This document shows positions 38,887 to 47,959 of a stretch of DNA of 64,000 nt, one piece after another. Position 1 is the stretch's first letter; each line of letters begins with the position of its first letter. This stretch comes from Candidatus Terraquivivens tengchongensis. Its GTDB lineage: Archaea; Thermoproteota; Nitrososphaeria_A; Caldarchaeales; Wolframiiraptoraceae. Where the stretch lies: the NCBI GenBank assembly GCA_023261845.1, contig JALNJZ010000004.1:3272-67271 (forward strand), written 5' to 3'. A model generated the notes under the pieces. That model saw only the letters and a program-made list of their open reading frames with translations. It was not told where the DNA came from and ran no database searches. A program made the position numbers and the translations under genes.

Positions 38887-39891
38887 ATGAAACCAAGGGT
38901 ATTCGTCACGAACAGGATACCAGAACCTGGCATAGAGGTTTTAAGAAAAGAGTGCGAAGTGATCTACAGGGAGAAAGACGAGCCGATACCACATGAAGAG
39001 TTTGTTAAAAGTGTAAAAGACGTTCAGGCTATACTCTGCCACCTAACAGCCAAAGTGAGTAAGGAGGTAATAGATGCTGCACCAGATCTTAGAGTCATAG
39101 GCACAATTACTGCAGGCGTTGACCATATAGACGTTGAATACGCTACATCCAAGGGCATATATGTTACAAATTCTCCGGCAGCATCCGAGCCTGTATCTGA
39201 AGTCGCTGTAGGTCTTATGCTCGCGATTGCTAGGAGAATAGTCGAAGGTGACAGATACATCAGAGAGGGGAAGTGGAAGATTCAATGGACGCCCTTCATG
39301 ATGTTAGGAACAGAACTTAAGGGTAAGACATTGGGCATAATTGGACTTGGTAAGATAGGTTATGCAACGGCCGTAAGGGCAAAAGCATTCGGCATGAACC
39401 TAATCTACTATGATATTGTTAGGAATAAGAAGGCCGAAGAAGAGCTTGGAATAAAATTCGTTAGTCTTGAGGAACTCTTAAGAACGTCCGATTTCGTCTC
39501 CATACACGTATTCCTATCCAAAGATACATACCATCTGTTAAACGAAGATAGGCTTAGGATGATGAAGAAGACGGCATTCTTGATAAACACTTCAAGAGGG
39601 GCAGTTGTGGACGAGAAGGCGTTAATAAAGGCCTTAAAGGAGGGCTGGATAGCCGGCGCGGCACTTGATGTTTTTGAAGTTGAACCACTACCTATGGACA
39701 GTCCGTTGCTGAATCTTCCAAACGTAATCTTAACACCCCACATAGGTAATGCAACATACGAAGCAAGATATGCTATGGCGGAGACAGGTGCGTTAAACGT
39801 CGTCAAAGTCTTGAAGGGTGAGCAACCGATCTCATTATTCAATCCGGACGTCATGAAAATTAGACCTCTTGACAAAGTCAAAGTGATTTAG
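38887..39891 (+). CDS. D-isomer-specific 2-hydroxyacid dehydrogenase (glyoxylate/hydroxypyruvate reductase-like)
   Basis: 334 aa with the NAD motif GIIGLGKIG and a catalytic R/E/H context (NTSRG..VDE...LTPHIG). Confidence 0.82.
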   Translation: MKPRVFVTNRIPEPGIEVLRKECEVIYREKDEPIPHEEFVKSVKDVQAILCHLTAKVSKEVIDAAPDLRVIGTITAGVDHIDVEYATSKGIYVTNSPAASEPVSEVAVGLMLAIARRIVEGDRYIREGKWKIQWTPFMMLGTELKGKTLGIIGLGKIGYATAVRAKAFGMNLIYYDIVRNKKAEEELGIKFVSLEELLRTSDFVSIHVFLSKDTYHLLNEDRLRMMKKTAFLINTSRGAVVDEKALIKALKEGWIAGAALDVFEVEPLPMDSPLLNLPNVILTPHIGNATYEARYAMAETGALNVVKVLKGEQPISLFNPDVMKIRPLDKVKVI

Positions 39892-39906
39892 GAAAGAGAC
39901 GCTGAA

Positions 39907-40692
39907 TTGGAGTCGATAATAAAGAGGGCACTGGAGGCAGCTAAGGTAGCGATAGACAGCCTAGAAGACAAAGGACGTGAGCTGAACGTCGGCGCTTTTG
40001 GTGATATATCTACTGTGGCAGACGTCACCTCTGAGAAAGCTATAATCGACGTGCTAAAGAGCGCCATACCAAACATAACAATAATTAGTGAGGAGGCAGG
40101 ACTCATCAGTGATGTAGAGAATTCTGAGTACTTGGCCGTCGTGGATCCTGTGGATGGAACGGTAAACCTAAAGCAAGACCTGCCTTTCTACTCTGCGGCC
40201 GTAGCGATATCTAGGGGAAGGGGGTTCTCAGACATACTAGCCGCCGGCATAATTAACCTGGTTAACGGCGAAGTTATAATAGCCAATGAAAGAGGCGTGT
40301 ACCTTAACGACAAACCAGTCAAACCATCAAATACATGTTCATTAAATGAAGCTGTGGTTTCACTTGATCTAAAGGTATTCAAACATGATGAGAGATTATC
40401 GATGTTCGCTGAACGCGTAGTATCAAAGGCTCTCTATGCAAGGTTCATGGGTTCTGCGGCCCTCGAGACAGCATACGTGGGCTGTGGAAGATTAGATTGT
40501 TTCCTTGCATTAGACGGAGTGAGAGTAGTTGATATGGCGGCTGCGGCATATATAGTAATGCGAGCGGGCGGTGCTTTTAAATGTTTGGACATATCTCTGG
40601 AAAACTTAGACCTGTTCTATAAAGGGAATGTCAGGTACATTGCAACCGCTAACGATAAGTTGCTGAAGGAACTCATAGAAATTTTTCCGTAA
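39907..40692 (+). CDS. Inositol monophosphatase/fructose-1,6-bisphosphatase family protein
   Basis: 261 aa with a TTG start. Metal-binding motifs are ISEEAG and VVDPVDGT, with a C-terminal WD-like region. Confidence 0.75.
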   Translation: MESIIKRALEAAKVAIDSLEDKGRELNVGAFGDISTVADVTSEKAIIDVLKSAIPNITIISEEAGLISDVENSEYLAVVDPVDGTVNLKQDLPFYSAAVAISRGRGFSDILAAGIINLVNGEVIIANERGVYLNDKPVKPSNTCSLNEAVVSLDLKVFKHDERLSMFAERVVSKALYARFMGSAALETAYVGCGRLDCFLALDGVRVVDMAAAAYIVMRAGGAFKCLDISLENLDLFYKGNVRYIATANDKLLKELIEIFP

Positions 40693-40729
40693 TTGACGGC
40701 CCATTCTCTTAAAGCCCATGTATAATTAT

Positions 40730-41842
40730 TTAACCTACGCGGTACTTTTCTAACTTCTCCCAATTTAGCTCTATACCTAAGCCCGGATCCTTGGGCACTT
40801 CAGCATAACCGTCATCTATCCTTATCGGCTCCTTTAGCATATCTTTAAAGAGGGGTACATCCGAAATGTCTCTTTGAACTATCAAACAACCTTCGGTCGC
40901 TGCAACAAAGTGTAAGGTCGCCGCAAAGCCAACCTCGGAACCATAGAAATGCGGTGAGAAAGGTAGACCGCTCGAATTTATTAGCTTAGCTATCTTAATA
41001 CCATCCGTTATGCCGCCAGTCTTACTGACGTCGGGCATGAGAATGTCAGCTGCCCTCTTTTTCACCATTCTTTCAAACTCAGCAAAACCATAAGCATTTT
41101 CTCCAGCACCAATCCATGTATCAAGCTCGGCCGCAAGCCTTGACATACTATTCAAGTCATCGCATATAATGGGCTCCTCGAGCCAAAAGAGCTCATATCT
41201 CTCCAATCTCCTTGCCATCTCCAATGCCTTTTCGTAATCCCAAGCCATGTTCGCATCAGCAATCAGTCTGACACTTTTGCCTACAGCTTCCCTCACATTC
41301 TTCACGAGCTCTATGTCCTTCTCAGGGTCGAACCCTATCCTGAGCTTTAGAGTATCGTATCCTTCAGACACCAACTTCTTTGCATGTCCAACTGGGTCGC
41401 TAACACTAAGTCCTGTTGCGTAAAGTTTTAACTTCTGCTTCGGGTTATCGGAAATAAGCTTACATATAGGTTGGTTTTTTACTTTTCCGAGTATATCCCA
41501 AAGAGCTATGTCTATTCCGCTAATCACTTGAATTATAGCACCTTTGCAGCCACCTTGAAGCCCCATCTTTACGAGTGGTGCATATATCTTTTTCCATATA
41601 GCTTCAATATTCGTGGGATCTTCGCCCAGAAGCAGTTTTTTCACATTCTCAAGCGTTACTTTCCTCTCCTCGACCGACCACGGTGGGAAATTCACAAAAG
41701 TTTCTCCGAGACCAACTATACCCTCATCTGTGTGAACTTCAATGAGTGCAAAAGGTCTCTTCTCGAGTGTACCGACGGACAATCTCATGGGTTCCTTAAG
41801 GGGCGAGTACAATGGCACAAGCTTCACGTCAGTTATCCTCAC
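40730..41842 (-). CDS. Enolase-superfamily enzyme (mandelate racemase/muconate lactonizing family, sugar-acid dehydratase-like)
   Basis: 370 aa. It has the N-terminal capping-domain pattern (GIVGLGET) and metal ligands in ADANMAW, LFWLEEP and ... GE. Confidence 0.75.
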   Translation of the reverse strand: MRITDVKLVPLYSPLKEPMRLSVGTLEKRPFALIEVHTDEGIVGLGETFVNFPPWSVEERKVTLENVKKLLLGEDPTNIEAIWKKIYAPLVKMGLQGGCKGAIIQVISGIDIALWDILGKVKNQPICKLISDNPKQKLKLYATGLSVSDPVGHAKKLVSEGYDTLKLRIGFDPEKDIELVKNVREAVGKSVRLIADANMAWDYEKALEMARRLERYELFWLEEPIICDDLNSMSRLAAELDTWIGAGENAYGFAEFERMVKKRAADILMPDVSKTGGITDGIKIAKLINSSGLPFSPHFYGSEVGFAATLHFVAATEGCLIVQRDISDVPLFKDMLKEPIRIDDGYAEVPKDPGLGIELNWEKLEKYRVG

Positions 41843-41939
41843 ACCCTATGCACCAATTCCTATCTTCATCATTGCTCGTATAAATTTATCCTCCACCATT
41901 GTTAAGCATATATGCCACCAAGCCTATTGGTAAGTTTAG

Positions 41940-42911
41940 ATGTCAGCGATCCCGATGTATAGACCATCCAGGGATGAAGTTAAAGCACTAGAAAAGTTCA
42001 AGAAAGCAGGATATAGGATAGTAGGCAGACATTCTGCTGTGAAGATCTGTCATTGGACGAAGACCGCGCTGAGAGGTGGGAAATTCTGTTACAAAAGATG
42101 GTATGGTATAAGAAGTCACAGGTGCATCCAGATGACGCCGACACTTCAATACTGTAACATGATGTGTATATTCTGCTGGCGCTTTCATAGTATAAACAGG
42201 GTTAGTCCTTATGGCGGAGATTGGGATGAACCAAAGACAATACTCGATGGTTGCATAGCCGCACAAAAAGAGCTCCTTTCTGGTTTTAAGGGCAATCCCA
42301 AGGTTACTATTCAAAGGTTCAATGAGGCCATGGACCCAAAGCACATAGCTATATCGCTGGATGGTGAGCCAACGCTTTACCCTTATCTTTCCGACCTGAT
42401 AAAGGAAGCTAAAGTAAGGGGTATGACGACGTTCCTCGTGACGAATGGAACGATGCCCGAAGTACTCAAAGAACTCGAGACACTGCCAACCAACCTGTAC
42501 ATAAGCCTATATGGACCTGACGAAGAAACGCATAAACAGATCACAAGACCGCTCATAACGGATAGTTGGCAGAGAACGATAAAGAGTTTGGAGCTTATGA
42601 GCTCACTTAACTGTAGGAAAGTCGTGAGGTTAACGTTGGTGAAAAATTACACGATGAAGGATGCCGAAAAGTATGCTGATTTAATAAAGCTAGCCATGCC
42701 TGAGTTTGTTGAATGTAAAGCTTACATGCATGTAGGAGAATCGCAGAAGAGGTTGCCGAGAGAAGCTATGCCGAATATGGAAGAGGTCTCAGCTTTTGCT
42801 AAAGAGCTCAAGGATTTTTTAGGTTATGTGTTAGTCACTGAGGATTCTGACAGCAGGGTGGTGCTCTTAGCAAGATCTGACGTGGAGTTATCAAAGATTG
42901 CATCCTTCTAA
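41940..42911 (+). CDS. taw1: tRNA 4-demethylwyosine synthase (radical SAM), Taw1/TYW1
   Basis: 323 aa with HSAVKICHWTK, CYK..YGI.SHRC, and the radical SAM cluster CNMMCIFCWR. Confidence 0.85.
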   Translation: MSAIPMYRPSRDEVKALEKFKKAGYRIVGRHSAVKICHWTKTALRGGKFCYKRWYGIRSHRCIQMTPTLQYCNMMCIFCWRFHSINRVSPYGGDWDEPKTILDGCIAAQKELLSGFKGNPKVTIQRFNEAMDPKHIAISLDGEPTLYPYLSDLIKEAKVRGMTTFLVTNGTMPEVLKELETLPTNLYISLYGPDEETHKQITRPLITDSWQRTIKSLELMSSLNCRKVVRLTLVKNYTMKDAEKYADLIKLAMPEFVECKAYMHVGESQKRLPREAMPNMEEVSAFAKELKDFLGYVLVTEDSDSRVVLLARSDVELSKIASF

Positions 42912-42989
42912 GTCCGCTCCTGAGGGGTGCTTTTGTTCTCATAAGGACGGTAACAACTCCTAGCGAGTTAAAATTATGATGTAAATTTA

Positions 42990-43640
42990 TCAGAGATTAC
43001 AACTTTCTAGCTTTGCAACAAGTTTAGGGAGATCTGTTATTTTAGCAATTACGTAATCGAAACTATTTCTCATGAGGTCAACATCAATTGTTGAAAATTC
43101 TGCAACTCCAACAGATAACATACCTACAGCTCTTGATGCAAGACCATCCTCAGGCATATCGCCAACGGAGATAACCTCCGACGGTGTCGTCCCAAGTCTC
43201 TTGAGCATTTCTTTAAACATCTCAACCTTTTTCATGCCTTCACCGCTACCTATTCTTCTTGCAATAACCGGACCTACAGGAAACCCGTACCTCTTCAGGA
43301 AATCTAATGCTAACTGCTCCTTAGGTCTACCCGTCACGTAACCTATCCTGTAGATTGATGCTAGAACGTTTAGGGTCTCGACAGTGCCTTCTATCGGTCT
43401 GTCCAATGCGTAAAGCACCTCATTCTCTAGAAAGTGTTCCTCAACTTTTTTAACAAGTTCGCTGTTGGGTTCGAAACCAAGCGCTTTTATGATTTGTGGG
43501 AATCCTTTTTTCCTCATGTGTAAGTAAAGCTCGTCAGGAATTGTTATGTTCATAGTTAGCTCTATCGCTCTCCTCTTCCTTTCCGTGTTGTCACATATTG
43601 TCGCATCGATGTCAAATATTATGGCCTTAAATTTTCCCAT
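42990..43640 (-). CDS. HAD-superfamily hydrolase
   Basis: 216 aa with motif I IIFDIDATI, motif II VTGR and motif III SVGDMPEDG. Confidence 0.7.
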   Translation of the reverse strand: MGKFKAIIFDIDATICDNTERKRRAIELTMNITIPDELYLHMRKKGFPQIIKALGFEPNSELVKKVEEHFLENEVLYALDRPIEGTVETLNVLASIYRIGYVTGRPKEQLALDFLKRYGFPVGPVIARRIGSGEGMKKVEMFKEMLKRLGTTPSEVISVGDMPEDGLASRAVGMLSVGVAEFSTIDVDLMRNSFDYVIAKITDLPKLVAKLESCNL

Positions 43641-43662
43641 GTAGGAATCACTGACTAATGAC

Positions 43663-44148
43663 TTACTTCTCTTTAAGGAAGTGGACTACAAGTTTATCAT
43701 AAGTGTCGCTCAATAGCTCGGGCATCACTTTCACGTTACCCACGACAGTCATGAAGTTCGTATCACCAGACCATCGTGGAACAACGTGGAAATGGACGTG
43801 CCCCTCAACACCAGCGCCTGCGACCCTTCCCAGGTTTATGCCCACATTGAAACCATCAGGAGTTAAGGCTTTTTGTAGAACTGCTATGGACTTCACTATC
43901 AGCTCCATGAGTTCACTCCGCTCGTCCACATCCAGCTCCGTTAAGTTGCCCACATGCCTGTAGGGTGCCACCATGAGGTGGCCGGTGTTATACGGATAGA
44001 GGTTCATTAGTACGAAGCACTTCTTACCCTTGAAGAGAACTAGGTCTTCCTTTTCGTTCAATGATGCACCCTTCGTGCAGAAAACACAATTCTTAGGTCC
44101 GCCGGAGCTTATGTAAGCCATGCGCCAAGGAGCCCATAACCACTTCAA
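43663..44148 (-). CDS. HIT-family nucleotide hydrolase/transferase
   Basis: 161 aa with the histidine triad HVHFHVVPR and an N-terminal WAPWRMAYI...CVFC. Confidence 0.82.
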   Translation of the reverse strand: MKWLWAPWRMAYISSGGPKNCVFCTKGASLNEKEDLVLFKGKKCFVLMNLYPYNTGHLMVAPYRHVGNLTELDVDERSELMELIVKSIAVLQKALTPDGFNVGINLGRVAGAGVEGHVHFHVVPRWSGDTNFMTVVGNVKVMPELLSDTYDKLVVHFLKEK

Positions 44149-44412
44149 GGCCGCTTTTTATCTACGATTGAAAGGATATAAAGCCATTTACATGTTAATC
44201 TTTATGGGGGATGAGGCAGCCGTCCCAGACTGATATGTGATGTCGGAAGAGCCGAGCCGACCCCAATTCTCTGCTGCAGCCTTCTTCAATCGTCGTTTTT
44301 CGTGATCAATCTGTTTGAAGGATTTTGTAACTCTGGATTCTTAAGACTTCCAGTTGATTGTTTATTCAATTTCTTTTAAGATTTTCACCGAAGGTGTATT
44401 CATTTACAAAAA

Positions 44413-45066
44413 TTAATAGAACTTGCAGTCAGTTCTTTTGAAAAACAAAAATTTCCAAATCGCCCAAAGCAACCAAACGTATCGCATTAAAAATATTTTC
44501 CAACCATCATGATATCTCTTTAGGACGTGTAGAAGTCTTTTCCTGTCATGTTTTAAGAATACGTAAACGCTGTGCTTCTCATTTAACCACCTTTTTCTTT
44601 CAGCCCCTTCTGTTGATGAATGGTGGATATATCCGCCTTCCACATATTTTATCCGTAATATCCCTGCATTCTCAAGTTTCTTTAGTGTGTAGTGCATCTC
44701 AATATCTTCTGACATGAACGGTATCCTTTCGTCAAATCCCCCAGTTAAGACGAAAAGATTTCTATCTATGCCAAAAATTAACGGCTGGGTGTTCCAAATC
44801 ACGTTTTTTCTATCTTCTGATATTAATGCCAGCCATTTTCTAAAATGTTCTGGATCTATTTCCACATCATCATCAATAAAGAACAATGTAGCTACATCTT
44901 TTTCTTTCTCAGCACCCTTATTCCTCGTCTTTGACACATTCTTGTATACATCGAGCATGTAAACAATATTTACTTGAAAATCCTTTAGAGACTCTCCTAC
45001 ATATTTTTGGGCTTTTGATACATCTAGGGTCGGCACTATTACGGAAACTTTCATAATCTTTTGCAC
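44413..45066 (-). CDS. Small family-2 glycosyltransferase-like protein in a low-GC islet
   Basis: 217 aa with VSVIVPT at the N-terminus and a DxD-like FIDDDVEID. It is markedly AT-rich relative to its neighbours. Confidence 0.55.
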   Translation of the reverse strand: MQKIMKVSVIVPTLDVSKAQKYVGESLKDFQVNIVYMLDVYKNVSKTRNKGAEKEKDVATLFFIDDDVEIDPEHFRKWLALISEDRKNVIWNTQPLIFGIDRNLFVLTGGFDERIPFMSEDIEMHYTLKKLENAGILRIKYVEGGYIHHSSTEGAERKRWLNEKHSVYVFLKHDRKRLLHVLKRYHDGWKIFLMRYVWLLWAIWKFLFFKRTDCKFY

Positions 45067-45146
45067 GTTATTTTTCCATTCTTTTTAAATGTTTTGTCTT
45101 CTGTACACTTTTTATAAAAATAAAAAAATTCACTCTTAGAAAGTGT

Positions 45147-46070
45147 TCAACTTACAAAGAAAACAGGAATTTTGATACCGAATGTTTCCAAAAAGCTCCC
45201 TATAAGTACGCCTGCTATCATGAGGAGGCCGAAGCGGAGCGTAAGTTGCGCCGTTAGCGGGTCCGCGGCATCAGGTATGCTATGCTTGAATGTTCTGACC
45301 AACCTTATCGCGTTAGGTATCGTTAAAATTACGAGAAGCGTCGTCGGAGGGAGCATGGTTATGGCTACCAGCACAAAGATTATCAGATAAGCAGACAGTA
45401 GCGAGTATTGGTAAAACTTGAGGGAACGCTCTTTTCCAAGGATTATCGGGAGGGTGGTGATGTTTACCGCCTTATCATAATCTACATCGCGTAAGTTGTT
45501 CGCAAAGAGAACTGCCATAACCAATACGCCTATGGGTAGGGATACGATTACTGGCAGAACGTCCACCTTACCAGTTAGGACGAAGTAGGTCCCGCCTACC
45601 ATAAGAGGACCCCACGTCAATAGTACAGAGATTTCGCCTAAAGCCCTATGCTTCAACGGAACCGGATCAGCTGTGTAGAAATAGCTGAAAAACAGACCAG
45701 CCACGGTAAAGGCTAAAACGATAGGACCTCTCACAAACGAGAGATATGTTGCGATGCTTAGCACAATCGCGTACAAGAATACGACAACAGCTTGGAACGA
45801 TCTAATTTCTATCTGACCAGATACTAGGGGATGTGGTCTGTATCTGGTAGTAGGCGCACCTTGTCTATCAACAGTATGCTTCACGTCGTAGTAGTCGTTC
45901 AGCATGTTGCTTGCTGCGTGAAATGCTATCAGACCAAAAAGCGTGAGCAGGAAGTGTAAAGGCTCAAAGGAGCCAGACCTCCAAGCAAGGGAGCCAGCTA
46001 ATCCTACTGAGACGATCGTCATCACGAACGACCATGGTCTCGTAGCTAGGAACCACATTTTTAGACTCAT
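45147..46070 (-). CDS. UbiA-family aromatic/isoprenoid prenyltransferase (MenA-like)
   Basis: 307 aa, ~8-9 TM helices, with the Asp-rich motifs NMLNDYYDVKHTVD and NNLRDVDYD. Confidence 0.75.
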   Translation of the reverse strand: MSLKMWFLATRPWSFVMTIVSVGLAGSLAWRSGSFEPLHFLLTLFGLIAFHAASNMLNDYYDVKHTVDRQGAPTTRYRPHPLVSGQIEIRSFQAVVVFLYAIVLSIATYLSFVRGPIVLAFTVAGLFFSYFYTADPVPLKHRALGEISVLLTWGPLMVGGTYFVLTGKVDVLPVIVSLPIGVLVMAVLFANNLRDVDYDKAVNITTLPIILGKERSLKFYQYSLLSAYLIIFVLVAITMLPPTTLLVILTIPNAIRLVRTFKHSIPDAADPLTAQLTLRFGLLMIAGVLIGSFLETFGIKIPVFFVS

Positions 46071-46112
46071 GTTTAACCAACTTTGTGGAAGAAAAAATCT
46101 TTAATAAATTTT

Positions 46113-46793
46113 TTACGTAAGTGGTAAAAATACGAAAACTAGCTCCGTCCATGTGATGTGCGATAGCACTATGCTTTGCAACGAGCTTGTCTTAAGGTAG
46201 GCGGCACCCCAGCAAAGGCCCATGATTAAAGCTATGAACATTAAAGGCAAGTTTAAGGTCCATATGTGTACGCTTGAGTACACTGCGGAGGCGGCAAGTA
46301 AGCCCTTTATACCTCCCAGCCTCTCTTGAAGCTCATGTTGTACGAACCCTCTCCAGTATGCCTCTTCCCCGAAGCTTGTAAAGATAAGCAAAAGAGCGAT
46401 GAACTCTTGTGGTGCTTCATGTCTTAACATGTAAACCTCCTCGGCACCCTTGGCGACGAATGGTTTAAAAATCACGTATCCAAGGTAAAGCAACCAATAG
46501 AGCAAGAAGCCTGATACTATGCCGAGCAGTATCATAGACATCCGAACACGGAAGCGCAATTTTAATAATTCAGGCCTTCCCATGAAGGTCACTAGAACGA
46601 GTAATGAGACCGCCAAGAGTATCCTAGTCCAGAAATTCATAAACTCTGTCCTGAACACCATGAACCAAAGCGGATAGGCCGGAAGTATGAGAAACAATCT
46701 TCGTGAAGACAAGGCACCTATCGTATATGGATTCGCATAAATTACTCCTAAAATAGTTTTGTACCGTTCGTCAACTTGTTTAGAACAAAACAC
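46113..46793 (-). CDS. CPBP-family (CAAX-type) intramembrane glutamic endopeptidase
   Basis: 226 aa, polytopic, with the EExxxR motif (GEEAYWRGF) and downstream H motifs (SSVHIW, LSHITW). Confidence 0.7.
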   Translation of the reverse strand: MFCSKQVDERYKTILGVIYANPYTIGALSSRRLFLILPAYPLWFMVFRTEFMNFWTRILLAVSLLVLVTFMGRPELLKLRFRVRMSMILLGIVSGFLLYWLLYLGYVIFKPFVAKGAEEVYMLRHEAPQEFIALLLIFTSFGEEAYWRGFVQHELQERLGGIKGLLAASAVYSSVHIWTLNLPLMFIALIMGLCWGAAYLKTSSLQSIVLSHITWTELVFVFLPLT

Positions 46794-47841
46794 GCCACCT
46801 CTTATCTTTCTTCGTATAACGGCCTCTCAACGGCACAGGCGTATTGCACCTAGGGCACCTGTTATCGTTGTTCAAATTGTAAGACAATACCTCATAACCA
46901 CTCCTCGCTATCAGCAGCTTTCCGCAAGTTGGGCAGCAGGTGCTCTCGAGTTCCGGTAAACCAACGTTCCCTATGTAGACGAATTTCACGCCGGCTTCTT
47001 GGGCCATCTTCTTTGCCGTCAGCAACTTTTCGAGGGGCGTGGGCGGCGCAGCATACTTGTGCGCTGGGTAGTACCTGTTGATGTGTAGCGGAACGTCTTC
47101 TCCAAGCATCGAGACGTGCTTTTCTATAACCCATCTTATACAATCATCCTCATCGTTAAACCTAGGAACTACAAGGAAGACCATTTCTACGTGTGCGCCA
47201 AGTTCTATCGCGTACTTTGCATTGCTCAAGACGGTATTTGGGTCCACACCTCTTAAGATCTTAATGTGAGCTTTTGGACAACCCTTGATGTCTATGGAAA
47301 AGCCATCGCATCCCGATTCGATTAAAGCCTTAAGCGAGGCACGACTGAAGTATCCGTTCGTGACCACCGTGGAGTAGAGCCCTTCCCTGCTACCTAGTGA
47401 GAACGTATCCAAAAGGAAGTCAATCTGTGTGGCGGGTTCGTTAAAGCTTGCACAAAGACCTTCGTCGCCGAATGTCTTTGCCATCTCAACTAAATCATCC
47501 GGAGCGTATCTAACGCCGGATTCCACAGGAGGTCTGCTAAAACTGATGCTGTGATTCTGGCACCATGGACAATAGAAGTTACAGCCCCAGTTCGAGAAGG
47601 TAAGCGCGGAAGAGCCGGGCCAGTAATGGAAGAACGGTTTTATCTCTATAGGTCTGCTTTCGATAGAGCTTAGGAGTCCGTAACCTATATTCAGGAGCGT
47701 TCCGTTGATGTTGGCATAGTTACCGCATATCCCCTTGCCTCCTTCCCTTACTTTACAAAACCTCATGCAGGTCGTGCATCTTACCGTTGCGTTCACCCTT
47801 TCCTGAAATTTTGCGACTGGGTATCTCGACCTTTCGTTCAT
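46780..47841 (-). CDS. amrS: AmmeMemoRadiSam-system radical SAM enzyme (PflA-like activase fold)
   Basis: 353 aa with an N-terminal Cys cluster (CTTCMRFCKV..GICG), the radical SAM motif CNFYCPWCQN, and a C-terminal CPTCG...CPRC ribbon. Confidence 0.7.
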   Translation of the reverse strand: MNERSRYPVAKFQERVNATVRCTTCMRFCKVREGGKGICGNYANINGTLLNIGYGLLSSIESRPIEIKPFFHYWPGSSALTFSNWGCNFYCPWCQNHSISFSRPPVESGVRYAPDDLVEMAKTFGDEGLCASFNEPATQIDFLLDTFSLGSREGLYSTVVTNGYFSRASLKALIESGCDGFSIDIKGCPKAHIKILRGVDPNTVLSNAKYAIELGAHVEMVFLVVPRFNDEDDCIRWVIEKHVSMLGEDVPLHINRYYPAHKYAAPPTPLEKLLTAKKMAQEAGVKFVYIGNVGLPELESTCCPTCGKLLIARSGYEVLSYNLNNDNRCPRCNTPVPLRGRYTKKDKRWRVLF

Positions 47842-47959
47842 AATTCTGTAGACCAGGCTTATGAATATGTCATGTAAAGTTTATAAACCTGACACGTAAT
47901 CTGGCAAGCATCTTTCGCTTGGCAAACGTATAAAAGCGCATATCTTCATTACTATATAC

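Noticed and set aside
44208-44300. GC-rich island considered as a tRNA, tRNA fragment or C/D sRNA
   Set aside because: I could not build a cloverleaf, since there is no T-loop GTTCRAAT-like element or paired acceptor. The candidate C (GGATGAG) and C' (GTGATGT) boxes lack a terminal CTGA D box at the proper distance. It is kept only as an unexplained compositional feature in a finding.
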